This document shows, in pieces, positions 37,150-47,516 of a stretch of 64,000 bases of DNA (position 1 is the stretch's first letter; each line of letters starts with the position of its first letter). The DNA comes from Elusimicrobiaceae bacterium. GTDB lineage: Bacteria > Elusimicrobiota > Elusimicrobia > Elusimicrobiales > Elusimicrobiaceae. The position numbers and the translations under genes were made by a program. Below the pieces are notes generated by a model. That model did no database searches. It was not told the DNA's origin and saw nothing but the letters and a program-made list of their open reading frames with translations. The stretch lies in assembly GCA_045643265.1 (NCBI GenBank), contig JAZUKK010000026.1, positions 9,250 to 73,249 of the forward strand, in the 5' to 3' direction.

Positions 37150-38292
37150 ATGACAAACCCGTTAATTACCGTTATCACTTCTTACTATAACGACCAGGAT
37201 TTCTTGGCCGATGCTATTTCGTCAGTTTTGGCCCAAACATATACCAATTTTGAATATATTTTAGTTAACCACGCTTCTACGGATAAAAGCCGGACTATTG
37301 CCCACTCATTTAATGACCCGCGTATTAAACATATAGACTGCTCCATAAATTATGGAGCTTCCGGCAACATTTTACTGCAAAAAGCGTTAGAAATTGCCCA
37401 AGGAACTTTTATAAAATTACTGAGTGCCGATGACACATTACGGGTACAAGGCTTGGAAATTTTACTTAAAATAGCACAAAAAGAACAGGCAGATTTAGTA
37501 TTTGGCAATGTTGCCTTCGTAAATAAACAAAATGAACCTCTAGGCAAAAATTGGTGGGAAACAACCTCCCCACAACTATTCTCAGCCAGCTACCATTTAC
37601 AACAATTAATACATGGAAAATCTACTCTCCCGTACGGGGGGAATTTCATACGTACAGACGCATTAAAGCAAATTCAATTTGATAATGTCAGTGTACAAGT
37701 AGCAGACATGGGACTATGGGTATCTTTACTTCTACAGAATGCCACCTTGGCTTGTACAATGGAAGTAGTGGCCAATTATCGTATTCATGATGCTCAAATG
37801 TGCAGTTCTGCCAACTTAGATATCATTGGTTTACGCTGCCAATTTGAACATTTTTTGTTTTACCAACATTTCTTAAATATAAATCCATCGCTAGAACTGT
37901 TGCAAGCACTTTTTCCAAAAGACAATATCGTTGCAAATCTCACAAACGAAGATAAGGATTTTTTCCCCTTTTGCATGGCATATGCCCTATATCATTTGCA
38001 ACCCAAGCCTGCATGCACACTTCTATGTAGATTCAAAATTGCCAATATGCTCAACGATTATACCTTTCACCAACGGTTAGAAAAACGATTTGGTTTCACT
38101 ATTCGTAACTTACGCCAAGACATTGTAAAACATCCCATTTTATTATGTCCGATGTCGTACCCGATTTCCGAGCACTCAAATGGAAAAATTCAACAATTAT
38201 TCTTCCATTCCTTACGAAAAGTCATCTCTTTCTGTTTATTTATCATTTGGAAACTACACAATAAAACAGCAAAACCTAACAACATTGTATAG
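37150..38292 (+). CDS. GT2 family glycosyltransferase
   Basis: SSVLAQTYTNFEYILVNHASTD, LLSADD and ADMGLW motifs. Visibly AT-richer than its neighbours. Confidence 0.88.
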   Translation: MTNPLITVITSYYNDQDFLADAISSVLAQTYTNFEYILVNHASTDKSRTIAHSFNDPRIKHIDCSINYGASGNILLQKALEIAQGTFIKLLSADDTLRVQGLEILLKIAQKEQADLVFGNVAFVNKQNEPLGKNWWETTSPQLFSASYHLQQLIHGKSTLPYGGNFIRTDALKQIQFDNVSVQVADMGLWVSLLLQNATLACTMEVVANYRIHDAQMCSSANLDIIGLRCQFEHFLFYQHFLNINPSLELLQALFPKDNIVANLTNEDKDFFPFCMAYALYHLQPKPACTLLCRFKIANMLNDYTFHQRLEKRFGFTIRNLRQDIVKHPILLCPMSYPISEHSNGKIQQLFFHSLRKVISFCLFIIWKLHNKTAKPNNIV

Positions 38293-38338
38293 TTTACAAT
38301 CAACATAGTCATCCCCTAATAACATGGGAAGAGATTTT

Positions 38339-39856
38339 TTACTTTGAAAACGGCAGGTGTAGTTTGAGTGCAATTTCCCGCACGACATCCCACTCAAAAC
38401 GGTTCAGCACAAACGCCGCCATGACGGCTCCATATACCGCTACAACGCAAACGCCGTGCGCGCAAAAACTGCTCCAAGTAGGTAGCACGGGCCAATAGTG
38501 CCATACCACCTCTAAAACGCATAGCACTCCAGCACTCCAGCACAGTATCGGACGTAAAGCACGGAAAAATTTACCTACTTGCAACCCAATTTTATGGTAA
38601 TATCCATTGGCTAACAGCCCCTGCACCACGCACGTGCTAAGCACAAACGCCACCGCACAGCCCATGGTGCCGTAACGCCTGACGAGCGAGAAAGCCAGCA
38701 GTACATTTAGCAGGGTCGTTGCCAGCAGTACACAAGCAAAAAAACGGTATTTATTGATAGCCATCAGCACCGAGCCGGACACACTTTGCCCAATGTTCAC
38801 TAACGAGCCAATCATCAACACAACGGCTAGGCCGTAGCACACCTCGTTTCCCGGCCCAAGCCATAAATATAAAAATACTTTTCCAAGCAGTACAAACCCT
38901 ATTAAAATCAGCGTGGCCACTATTGTTTGCAACCGTCCGGTTTTACAAAAAATATCGTTATGCGTTTGCAACGAAAGTTCTTTGGCAAAATCGCCGGACA
39001 ATTTCGGTAAAAAGACAGAACCTATCAAAGTAGGTATCATGGTAAAGGCCATTAACAGTTGCGAGGCTATATAATAATTCGCTACCGCCAATGCACCCGC
39101 TAACAGCCCCAGCACTAAAGGCCCCAAGCGGGAAGAAATCTGCCCGGCAATATTTCCTAAAAAAACAAAAAAAGAAAACCCGAGCAACTGTTTCAACAAA
39201 GCCATATTATGATACTGCGGCCGCACGCGTATATGTAGCCGGATTTTGCAATACAGATAGTAGCCGATCACCAAACATACATTAGTCGCCGTTTGTACCC
39301 ACACGACGCCCACCACGTTGGCTTTCCAACACAGTACTCCCCAAATTAGCAAAGGAGTAAGGATAGTAGTACACAAATAAAGTTGTTGTAAAAATACAAA
39401 TTTTTCTTTGGCCTGCACGAGTCCCAAAAACAAATTGCCCGGCACGCAAACCGCAAAATTAAGTATGAGTATCCAATAAATTTGTTGGGCGGTAATTAAA
39501 TCGGCGGGGGACAACGTCCTTCCATACACAGGGGCTATTAAAAAATAACCGCCGATCCCCAACGCCATCAACAACCCCGTAAGCAACAGGTATAAAAAGG
39601 ACGCCGCGTTAATAACTTGGGAAACTTTTTCTGATTCGCGGGTGGCTTCCAACCGTGCCACAAACCGCGTTACGGTAGCACACAGCCCAAAATCTAATAC
39701 GGCTATCACGCCAATAAAAGAACCTATCATCTGATAAATGCCATACTGTTCTTTAGATACATAATGCAGCAGCATGGGCACATAGGCCAGCATAATCAGC
39801 GCGTTGATACCCAGATTTAAGTAGGAAAGCAAGATGCCGGTTTTCCGCTCGTTCAT
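38339..39856 (-). CDS. Wzx-like oligosaccharide flippase
   Basis: About 12-14 TM helices, with EQYGIYQ, LDFGL, FLPKLS and WLG motifs. Confidence 0.88.
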   Translation of the reverse strand: MNERKTGILLSYLNLGINALIMLAYVPMLLHYVSKEQYGIYQMIGSFIGVIAVLDFGLCATVTRFVARLEATRESEKVSQVINAASFLYLLLTGLLMALGIGGYFLIAPVYGRTLSPADLITAQQIYWILILNFAVCVPGNLFLGLVQAKEKFVFLQQLYLCTTILTPLLIWGVLCWKANVVGVVWVQTATNVCLVIGYYLYCKIRLHIRVRPQYHNMALLKQLLGFSFFVFLGNIAGQISSRLGPLVLGLLAGALAVANYYIASQLLMAFTMIPTLIGSVFLPKLSGDFAKELSLQTHNDIFCKTGRLQTIVATLILIGFVLLGKVFLYLWLGPGNEVCYGLAVVLMIGSLVNIGQSVSGSVLMAINKYRFFACVLLATTLLNVLLAFSLVRRYGTMGCAVAFVLSTCVVQGLLANGYYHKIGLQVGKFFRALRPILCWSAGVLCVLEVVWHYWPVLPTWSSFCAHGVCVVAVYGAVMAAFVLNRFEWDVVREIALKLHLPFSK

Positions 39857-39991
39857 GGTATTATTGTAACATTTAATTTGCCGGACATCATGTTATATGT
39901 AAATTATCTTTTTCCAAATGCGCCGTATTAACCGCCTCATTTTTGTATAATATAAAAGAAGTTATTCTATTTCATTTTTAGGAGATGCAAC

Positions 39992-41677
39992 ATGTCTGCA
40001 AAGAAATGTGCTTGTTCACCCTTGCAACAGCACCGCGCGAAATTTCAGCCCGTGCTGCCTGACGTACTTAAAAAAGGGCCGGCGTTTGTTAAACCCAAAT
40101 TGGGCAAAGCCACCCAATCGGTTGCCGACCAAGCCACCGTCAAAAAGATTTTCCCCAATACGTACGGACTTCCGGCAGTTACGTTTGTTAAAGGCAACAG
40201 CACCGCGTTGTGCAAAAAAGCGGTGCGCGTGGGTGTCGTGCTTTCCGGCGGACAAGCCCCGGGCGGACATAATGTTATCGGCGGTTTATTAGACGGACTC
40301 AAAAAAGCCAACGCCAAAAACAAATTATTCGGTTTTTTAGGCGGGCCCAGCGGAATTGTAGATAATAAATTCATGGAAATTACTCCGGCTTTAATGCAAG
40401 ATTACCGCAATACGGGCGGGTTTGATTTAATTCAATCCGGCCGCACGAAAATTGAAACGGACGAACAATTAGCCGCCGCCAAAAACAATCTGCTTAAAAA
40501 TAAATTAGATGCGCTCGTAGTGGTAGGGGGGGATGACTCCAACACCAACGCGTGCGTCATTGCCGAATACTTGAAACAACAAGGTGTGGACATCAGCGTT
40601 ATCGGCGTACCCAAGACCATTGACGGCGACCTTAAAAATGAACATATTGAGGCCTCTTTCGGGTTTGATACCGCCACCAAAATTTATGCCGAACTCGTAG
40701 GCAACATTGAACGCGATATGAACTCCGCGCGCAAATACTGGCACTTTGTACGCTTAATGGGACGCAGTGCTTCGCATATCACGCTAGAAGTAGCACTTAA
40801 AACGCATCCCAACGCCGTGCTTATCGGGGAAGAAGTCCTCGCCAAAAGAATGACGCTCGGGCAAGTGGTTAAAAACTTAGTGGACCTCATTGTCAAACGC
40901 GCCAAAGCAGGCAAAAACTACGGTATTGTGCTCATACCGGAAGGATTGATTGAATTTATCCCGGAAATGAAGGAACTGATTAGCGCACTCAATGATGCGC
41001 TGGCCGATTACGAAACGGCCCTGGCTAAACTCACAACCCCCGCCGAAAAGAAAGCGTTTATCTTAACCAAACTTCCTAAAAAACTAGCCGACTTGATGTG
41101 CTCTTTGCCCGACGGTATCGCCCGCCAACTCATGTTGGACCGCGACCCGCACGGCAATGTGCAAGTATCGCTGATTGAGACGGAAAAACTTTTGGTAGAA
41201 ATGATTAAAACCGAACTGGCCTCCCTTAAAAAAGCGGGTAAATATACGGGCAAATTCGCTACGATTACCCACTTCTTTGGTTACGAGGGACGCTGCGGGG
41301 TTCCGTCCACGTTTGATGCCACCTACACGTATGCGTTGGGTTACAACGCCGCGGTGTTGGCTTTGAATAAATGCTCGGGGTATTTGTCCTCGGTGCGTAA
41401 ACTCACCCGCAAAGCGCAAGACTGGCAAGTCGGCGGCGTGCCGCTTACCATGATGATGAATATTGAACGGCGCAAAGGCAAAGAAAAACCGGTTATCAAA
41501 AAAGCCCTGGTGGAACTCAAGGGCGAACCGTTCAAATACCTCGTCAAGAACCGCCCGGTGTGGGCCGAACAAGATGTGTTTGTTTTCCCGGGACCGATTC
41601 AATTTTTCGGTCCGGCCGAAGTAACCGACATCACCACCTATACCCTGATGTTGGAACAAGGTAAAAAGATTAAATAG
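39992..41677 (+). CDS. pfp: Pyrophosphate-dependent phosphofructokinase (long clade)
   Basis: GGQAPGGHN, GGDDSNTN, PKTIDGD, MGRSASH and FFGYEGR motifs. Confidence 0.96.
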   Translation: MSAKKCACSPLQQHRAKFQPVLPDVLKKGPAFVKPKLGKATQSVADQATVKKIFPNTYGLPAVTFVKGNSTALCKKAVRVGVVLSGGQAPGGHNVIGGLLDGLKKANAKNKLFGFLGGPSGIVDNKFMEITPALMQDYRNTGGFDLIQSGRTKIETDEQLAAAKNNLLKNKLDALVVVGGDDSNTNACVIAEYLKQQGVDISVIGVPKTIDGDLKNEHIEASFGFDTATKIYAELVGNIERDMNSARKYWHFVRLMGRSASHITLEVALKTHPNAVLIGEEVLAKRMTLGQVVKNLVDLIVKRAKAGKNYGIVLIPEGLIEFIPEMKELISALNDALADYETALAKLTTPAEKKAFILTKLPKKLADLMCSLPDGIARQLMLDRDPHGNVQVSLIETEKLLVEMIKTELASLKKAGKYTGKFATITHFFGYEGRCGVPSTFDATYTYALGYNAAVLALNKCSGYLSSVRKLTRKAQDWQVGGVPLTMMMNIERRKGKEKPVIKKALVELKGEPFKYLVKNRPVWAEQDVFVFPGPIQFFGPAEVTDITTYTLMLEQGKKIK

Positions 41678-41702
41678 CCCGTAAAACTAATCTTTTACGA
41701 GC

Positions 41703-41735
41703 GAAAGGCCGCCTCCTGCTCCTGGCGGCCTTTTT
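41703..41735 (+). terminator. pfp terminator
   Basis: GAAAGGCCGCC...GGCGGCCTTTTT. Confidence 0.8.
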
Positions 41736-41838
41736 CTATGGGCAACTACCGGAAAAAATACTTAAATAAAAATGCTTGCACATCCTTAGTTTTTATTGTA
41801 TGTTATTAGTAGCAGTAAACTAAAAAGGAGAGTGAGTT

Positions 41839-42156
41839 ATGAACGCATTAAAGACGTATTTAGTAGATCCGATTAAAAATCACTATGTAGATTTCAAAGG
41901 GCGTGCTACTCGCAAACAATACTGGTTATATGTATTGTTCGTATGGGTTATTTTGTGGGTAATCGGCCTGTTTGGCGACGTTGGAGCTAAAATTTCCGGC
42001 ATCTGCTCGTTAGCGGTATTGTTGCCTTCTTTGGCAATTGCGGCGCGCCGCTTGCGCGACGGCGGATTTAGCCCGTGGCTTTTGTTGCTTGGCTTAATAC
42101 CGGTCATCGGTTGGATTGTACTATTGATACTTTACTGCTTACCGTCCAAGAACTAA
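41839..42156 (+). CDS. DUF805 (YhaH-like) membrane protein
   Basis: YVDFKGRATRKQYW and LAIAARRLRD motifs. Confidence 0.92.
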   Translation: MNALKTYLVDPIKNHYVDFKGRATRKQYWLYVLFVWVILWVIGLFGDVGAKISGICSLAVLLPSLAIAARRLRDGGFSPWLLLLGLIPVIGWIVLLILYCLPSKN

Positions 42157-42170
42157 TTAACAGATTCGCA

Positions 42171-42203
42171 AAAAAATACCGCCCGAAAAGGCGGTATTTT
42201 TTT
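42171..42203. terminator. Bidirectional intrinsic terminator
   Basis: AAAAAATACCGCC-cgaaaa-GGCGGTATTTTTT. Confidence 0.8.
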
Positions 42204-42216
42204 ATGCGTGCCATGC

Positions 42217-42945
42217 TTACAATTCTTTTTCCAACGCGGCAAAAAAGTGCGTCGCTGGTTGGGAAAAATAATAATCGGCAATGGTACTGGTAAATGATGA
42301 GGGCTGCGGGTTGACTTCAATAATTTTAGCCCCAAACTCTTTGGCTACCAGCGGCATACTGCACGCGGGCATCACTTGTCCGGCCGTACCAACTACTATC
42401 ATCACATCACAATTTTGCGCCATTTCTAACGAGTTTTGATACGCGGCGGAGGGGATGCCTTCGCCATAAAATACAAAGTTCGGTTTCAACACGCCTCCGC
42501 ACGAACAGCACGGCGGGTCTTGGGATAAATCTATATCGGTCAAGCGGTATTGTTTACCGCACTGCTCGCACGAAAGCGTATAAATTGTGCCGTGAAATTC
42601 CTGCACGTTTTTACTGCCGGCTTTTTGGTGTAATCCGTCAATGTTTTGGGTAATAACACCCGTAAAATTCCCGCGCTTTTCCAACGCCGCCACCACTTCA
42701 TGCGCTTTGTTGGGCGTTGCATCGTGCATATCATTAAAGAAAATTTTTTTCATTTCGCGCCAACTTTCTTGCGGCTGGGCTCTAAAAAAATTGATTTCAA
42801 TATATTTTGGATCGTACTGGTTCCACAAACCGCCCGCGCCCGTAAACGGTGCAATCCCGCTCTCCACGCTGATTCCCGCCCCGGTAAAAGCTACGCCGGA
42901 CGAGGCATTTTTAATTAGTTTTACGGCCTCTTGAAATTCGCTCAT
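42217..42945 (-). CDS. cobB: NAD-dependent protein deacylase (sirtuin)
   Basis: TGAGISVESGI, TQNIDGLH, EFHG, CxxC...CxC, LKPNFV and EVN motifs. Confidence 0.93.
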   Translation of the reverse strand: MSEFQEAVKLIKNASSGVAFTGAGISVESGIAPFTGAGGLWNQYDPKYIEINFFRAQPQESWREMKKIFFNDMHDATPNKAHEVVAALEKRGNFTGVITQNIDGLHQKAGSKNVQEFHGTIYTLSCEQCGKQYRLTDIDLSQDPPCCSCGGVLKPNFVFYGEGIPSAAYQNSLEMAQNCDVMIVVGTAGQVMPACSMPLVAKEFGAKIIEVNPQPSSFTSTIADYYFSQPATHFFAALEKEL

Positions 42946-42948
42946 AAT

Positions 42949-44193
42949 TCACTCCTGCTCATCTAAAGCGGGTTTGTCTTTGGCCTTCAATCCATTATAA
43001 TTATACTCGCCACGCTTGAGTAAACGCGTATTGTCTTTGGTCAGCGGTACTTCGTAGATATCCACAATGCGTTGCGCTACGTTAATAAGCGAACCTTTGT
43101 TTCCGTCAACATGACCGCGCGCAATTTTGACCGACTCTGCCGCGTTCGTAATGGCCTGTTCGGCCCGCGCAAAATTGACAAGAAAATCGTTAAACTTTTC
43201 CATCAGTTTCAAAATATCTTCCTTCAAATCTTCCATGTACTCATGTTGTTTATCAATGTCCCACAGTTTAGAAACCATTTTAAGCGTACTCATTAGCGAC
43301 GTAGCCGACACTAACGCAATGTTGTTTTTCCACGCTTCGCTTAAAATATCCGGGTCGGCCTCAACGGCGGCCAACAGCGCACTTTCCGGGTACACAAACA
43401 TCAACGTATAATCGGGCTGGACTTTTTCGCATTGGTCTTGGAATTTTTTATAATACTTTTTCGCGCTTAAATCTTTAATTGTTTTTTTAATATCTTTAAC
43501 GTGTTCGGTAAGGGCGTCTTTTTTCTCTTTGGGAGTTTGGGCGTTAAAATAATGCACATAATGGTTAAACAGCGTTTTGGCATCTACCACAATCCAACGA
43601 TCACCCGGCAAGGCCACTTGCACATCTACGCGTTTTCCCTCGTCGGCTACTTGTTGGAAATAATCTACACCCTCTTGCATCCCGGCCGCATCTAAAATAC
43701 GTTTGAGCGTTTCTTCGCCCCAACTGCCGCGCACGATAGATTCGCCTTTAATGGCATTTGTCAGGTGGACGGCACTTTGATCCACTTTCTCGGTAGATTT
43801 AATCACGTCCCCAAGGCCTTTTTCTAAACGCGCTTGGGCGGCGGTATTTTGGCGTTCCATATTATCTACTTTTTTGACAAAGTTTTCCAAATCCTGGCGC
43901 AAGGGGGCTAAAATTTCCGCATTTTTTGTTTCCAATCCTTTCGTTTTATCGTCTAAAATTTTGGCGGCCAACTCGCTAAATTGCGCTTTGTAGGTAGCAG
44001 ATAAAGCTTGGAAATTGCGCTCTATCAACTCTTTTTCACGTTTCAAACTGCGGTTTTCTTCTTCTAAACGGGCCTTATCTACCGCCAGTGCGCCCGTATG
44101 AGCCGCCAACAGCGTTTTTACTTGGGCCACGTGCCACCCGTACATCAGCCCGCCGCCGATAAATATACCGATACATAAAATTAAAATAGTCAT
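42949..44193 (-). CDS. rmuC: DNA recombination protein RmuC
   Basis: RGSWGEETL, RVDVQVALPG, VDAK, HVKDIKK and DYTLMF motifs. N-terminal TM helix plus coiled coil. Confidence 0.92.
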   Translation of the reverse strand: MTILILCIGIFIGGGLMYGWHVAQVKTLLAAHTGALAVDKARLEEENRSLKREKELIERNFQALSATYKAQFSELAAKILDDKTKGLETKNAEILAPLRQDLENFVKKVDNMERQNTAAQARLEKGLGDVIKSTEKVDQSAVHLTNAIKGESIVRGSWGEETLKRILDAAGMQEGVDYFQQVADEGKRVDVQVALPGDRWIVVDAKTLFNHYVHYFNAQTPKEKKDALTEHVKDIKKTIKDLSAKKYYKKFQDQCEKVQPDYTLMFVYPESALLAAVEADPDILSEAWKNNIALVSATSLMSTLKMVSKLWDIDKQHEYMEDLKEDILKLMEKFNDFLVNFARAEQAITNAAESVKIARGHVDGNKGSLINVAQRIVDIYEVPLTKDNTRLLKRGEYNYNGLKAKDKPALDEQE

Positions 44194-44306
44194 TTGATTC
44201 TCCTTAAGGTATGTTTTTATTGTACAAACTTTTTTTGTAAGAGAAAAAAGTAAAAAATTTTATAAAATAAAAGAGTATTAACTTATTTACACAAAAGGAG
44301 TGTATC

Positions 44307-44621
44307 ATGAAAAAAATAGCCTTACTTACTTTGGCATTAGCTACTGTTGGCTGTGCCACCACGGGTACGACGACCGCCGCCAATACCCAATCTGCCGCCC
44401 AAACTTTTACGTTACAGCAGGCCTTGGAAAAATCGGCCGAAACCCGCCAAAAATTGCTGGACGCCAAACAACAATACCAGCAAGCCAAAACGGCGGCTGA
44501 AGTAGCCAGCGGCAAAAAGACCGCGGCGCAAGCGGCACAAGAACAATTGCAAAACCAATTGGATTCCGCCAAACAACAGCTTCAAAACGAAAAAAACGCC
44601 TGGGCTGAATTGTTGAAATAG
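44307..44621 (+). CDS. Small helical lipoprotein
   Basis: AAGGAG RBS, lipobox TVG-C, Ala/Gln-rich coiled coil. Confidence 0.75.
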   Translation: MKKIALLTLALATVGCATTGTTTAANTQSAAQTFTLQQALEKSAETRQKLLDAKQQYQQAKTAAEVASGKKTAAQAAQEQLQNQLDSAKQQLQNEKNAWAELLK

Positions 44622-44715
44622 TAGTTGTTATTAAAGTGCTAAAAACACACTTTCAAAATACAGAAAGTGTGTTTTTTCTTTGTTTCTATCCGGCCTGACG
44701 GCAAAAACCATACAT

Positions 44716-44765
44716 GCCATCCCGTACACCCAAAGTGTTGTCATCCCGGACTTGATCCGGGATCT
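44716..44765 (+). repeat. REP-like doublet
   Basis: GCCATCCCGTACACCCAAAGTG plus TGTCA-TCCCGG-acttgat-CCGGGA-TCT. Confidence 0.85.
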
Positions 44766-44793
44766 CACCGCTTTCTATAACGGCCCCTTAGAT

Positions 44794-44829
44794 AAAATTC
44801 CACCCCCGATTTTGCCGGGGGTGGGTTTT
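44794..44829. terminator. Bidirectional intrinsic terminator
   Basis: CCACCCCCG-attttgc-CGGGGGTGG flanked by A- and T-runs. Confidence 0.7.
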
Positions 44830-44845
44830 ACAAGCAGCCAATTTT

Positions 44846-45415
44846 TTAGTCGTCTATATGTTTCGGGCCGGGTACTTTATGATCCTTCGGATGTTTTTGG
44901 AACTTCCCGTTTTTAGGCCCCTTGAAAAATGGACGCGTACCTTTTCCTTGGCGCATATCGCGGGCGGGGCGGTCAAACAGAACTCCTAAATCGCCTTCTG
45001 CTTTAATCAAGGCCTCGGTTTTTTCTTCCACCCACGCCTTTTTGGCTTGCGCGGTTTGGGCTTGTTCCAAATTCTTTTTCATTTCGTCCAAGCGTTTGAC
45101 AAAATTATCCAGTTGCGCCTGTTTGAACTTTAATTGTTCCTCATGGATTTTTTCCACATCAGCCATAATTTCAGCTTTTTTGGCTTCCTGTTTTTTGCCT
45201 TTGAGTTTTTGATACTCTTGGACTAGTTTTTCCATTTTTTCTTCGGTGGCTTTCATTTTTTTGCGTTGTTCTTTTTGCGCTTTCAAAAACTCACCTTTCT
45301 TTTGCGCCATCGCCGGAAGTTCATCCGCTTTGGCGGGAACAGCCACTTCTTCAGCGGCAAAGGCCGGGATAAATAAACCCACAGCCAAGAGCGACAACAT
45401 TACTTTCTTATTCAT
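44846..45415 (-). CDS. Periplasmic Lys/Glu-rich helical protein (third gene of the ECF operon)
   Basis: Signal peptide ending AFA, highly charged helices, AGGAGG RBS. Confidence 0.7.
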   Translation of the reverse strand: MNKKVMLSLLAVGLFIPAFAAEEVAVPAKADELPAMAQKKGEFLKAQKEQRKKMKATEEKMEKLVQEYQKLKGKKQEAKKAEIMADVEKIHEEQLKFKQAQLDNFVKRLDEMKKNLEQAQTAQAKKAWVEEKTEALIKAEGDLGVLFDRPARDMRQGKGTRPFFKGPKNGKFQKHPKDHKVPGPKHIDD

Positions 45416-45424
45416 AATTTCCTC

Positions 45425-45820
45425 CTAGAAATAATTTTCCAGATCTGTTAAGTCCTGCGCAAAGGCTGCGAAATCATCCTCTGCGGAAGCATTCATATAC
45501 GCCACTAAACCGTGTGCGTCAAACGCGGTATTAACGGGTAAAAACGTCCATACACAAGCCGCACATGCGGCGGCGGCCAATCCCGCCAGTTCCCACTTAA
45601 AACGCGCCCAGAGCGGTTTTTTGCGCGTCGTACGGGCAAACAACGCATCTATCATAGATGCCGGAGCCGGCGTGGGGGTTAATCCTTCGGCTACTTGGGC
45701 CAAAAAACGCCGCTCCACTTGGCAAGCCGGGCAAGATTTCAAATGCGTTTCAAACGCTTCTTTTTCGGCCGGGCCCAATTCCCCTTGCACATATAATAAA
45801 AGTTGTTCACACGGTTTCAT
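45425..45820 (-). CDS. zf-HC2 anti-sigma factor
   Basis: FETHLKSCPAC motif and a single TM helix. Overlaps the sigma gene. Confidence 0.85.
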   Translation of the reverse strand: MKPCEQLLLYVQGELGPAEKEAFETHLKSCPACQVERRFLAQVAEGLTPTPAPASMIDALFARTTRKKPLWARFKWELAGLAAAACAACVWTFLPVNTAFDAHGLVAYMNASAEDDFAAFAQDLTDLENYF

Positions 45821-46407
45821 ATTGTTTCCTCTTGCGCTGTTTGTTGCGCGATTAACTGCCTTAATTTTTTAACGGCCCGATGGCAATCGGCTAGGACCGT
45901 CCCTAACGGTCTGCCAACGGTATCCGCAATTTCTTGAAACGACATAAACTGCCGCAAATAAATCATTTCCCGTTGGCGGGGGGGTAATTGCTCCGCCGCC
46001 AAAGCGACCGCGCGCTCTAATTCTTTGCCGGTTAATTCCTCTAACGCTGATCGGGAATTATCGGCGAGTGTTTCCTGCCAAAAAGCGTTTCCGTCGTCGT
46101 CAGTCTGGTCCAGGGAAATGGTCTGCTTAACATCACGCCAGTAATTACACACTTTGTTGCGCGCCGTTAAAAACAGCCACGACTTAAATTTCCCTTGCGC
46201 CTGATATGTTTTAGCGTGCTTAAATAACGAAATAAACACCTCTTGAAACAGATCTTCGGCCACACTTTCGTTTTTTACCAGCGAGAGGATATATTGGTAA
46301 AGCGCATTTTTATACCGAAATACAAGTTCCTCAAACGCTTGGTTATTACCTGCACAAAACGCGGCGACTAACGCATCATCATTTTGTCTGTCTTTATTGG
46401 AATCCAT
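45817..46407 (-). CDS. ECF RNA polymerase sigma factor
   Basis: AEDLFQEVF, FKSWLFLTARN, LPPRQRE and EIADTVGRPLGTV motifs. Confidence 0.93.
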   Translation of the reverse strand: MDSNKDRQNDDALVAAFCAGNNQAFEELVFRYKNALYQYILSLVKNESVAEDLFQEVFISLFKHAKTYQAQGKFKSWLFLTARNKVCNYWRDVKQTISLDQTDDDGNAFWQETLADNSRSALEELTGKELERAVALAAEQLPPRQREMIYLRQFMSFQEIADTVGRPLGTVLADCHRAVKKLRQLIAQQTAQEETI

Positions 46408-46544
46408 AGTTATATAACACCCAACCTACAATTTTTATTGCACTTTCCAAAATTATAATAAATTCTCAATATCCGGAGGCCTTTATGTTATATAATAAAA
46501 AGAAATCTGCCGGGACATCACATGATAACGGAGTTTGAAATAAT

Positions 46545-47516
46545 ATGTCGTTAAGCAAAAAAACAGAAATTTGGGTTCGGGCCCAACTGATTTCCTGTGA
46601 ACAACAAACTAGGATTTTAGACTTTGAAAGAACCCACGGGAACCACACATTTTGGAACGTCGCCATGGGAATTGCCGGCAGTTTAATCGGACTGGGATTT
46701 TGTTTACTTATTGCGGCCAATTGGGACCATTTACCCAACGTAGTTAAACTGATAGGCGATTTTGCGTTGTTAGGCGGATTTTTTTACGCCACTTATTGGA
46801 GCCTACAAAACAAACGCAACGGATTAAAAGAGTTTTTTGCCATTTTGTCGTTTCTGGGAATAGGAGCCACCATTGGACTGGTGGGACAAATTTTTCAACT
46901 TTCCGGCGGTTGGCCAAAGGCGGCCTTGTTTTGGGCCGTATTAAGTTTACCGTTTGTATTTGTCAGCCGGTTGACCCTTTTTAATACGGTTTGGCTAGTG
47001 TTACTGGCTAGCTCGTTCCCCTTGAAGTGGTTGAGCGATTTTTACGAGGCAGTTTTTAAGGAACTTACCCTCACTACCGTATTGACTCTTGCGGGGATGT
47101 ACGCAGTTTATAGGGGGCTTTACCGGTTTAGCCGCTATACCGAAAAATACACGTGGTTACCCACCGTGTTGGCCAAACTCACCTTAGCGGCTGTTTATGT
47201 GACCGTTTGTTTTATCGGCCTAAACTGGGGGATCTCGTCCACGGGCGACGCACTAATTTCGCTAGGGGCCCATATCATTGTATTTGGCTTTTTTGCGTTG
47301 CGGATATTTGAGGCGGTACGGCAACAAAATTTGACGTCTTTTAAGCGAAACGCCATTTGGGCAGAAATTTATATTTTCTTAATTTTTTCTTCTCATCTTA
47401 CGCATTTAGGGCTGTCCGGATTAGGGTTTATCGGCGGGGGGCTGTTGATTTTATTTTTCATTTGGGTCTTACGCCGCACCAGTAGGTATATCAAACAAAT
47501 GGAGATTTTCAAATGA
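46545..47516 (+). CDS. DUF2157 membrane protein
   Basis: LIAANWDHLP...VK and IGLVGQIFQLSG motifs; polytopic. Confidence 0.85.
   Translation: MSLSKKTEIWVRAQLISCEQQTRILDFERTHGNHTFWNVAMGIAGSLIGLGFCLLIAANWDHLPNVVKLIGDFALLGGFFYATYWSLQNKRNGLKEFFAILSFLGIGATIGLVGQIFQLSGGWPKAALFWAVLSLPFVFVSRLTLFNTVWLVLLASSFPLKWLSDFYEAVFKELTLTTVLTLAGMYAVYRGLYRFSRYTEKYTWLPTVLAKLTLAAVYVTVCFIGLNWGISSTGDALISLGAHIIVFGFFALRIFEAVRQQNLTSFKRNAIWAEIYIFLIFSSHLTHLGLSGLGFIGGGLLILFFIWVLRRTSRYIKQMEIFK

Noticed and set aside
36996-39990. Integrated island with att sites at tRNA-Arg
   Set aside because: No duplicated tRNA 3' end and no integrase were seen.
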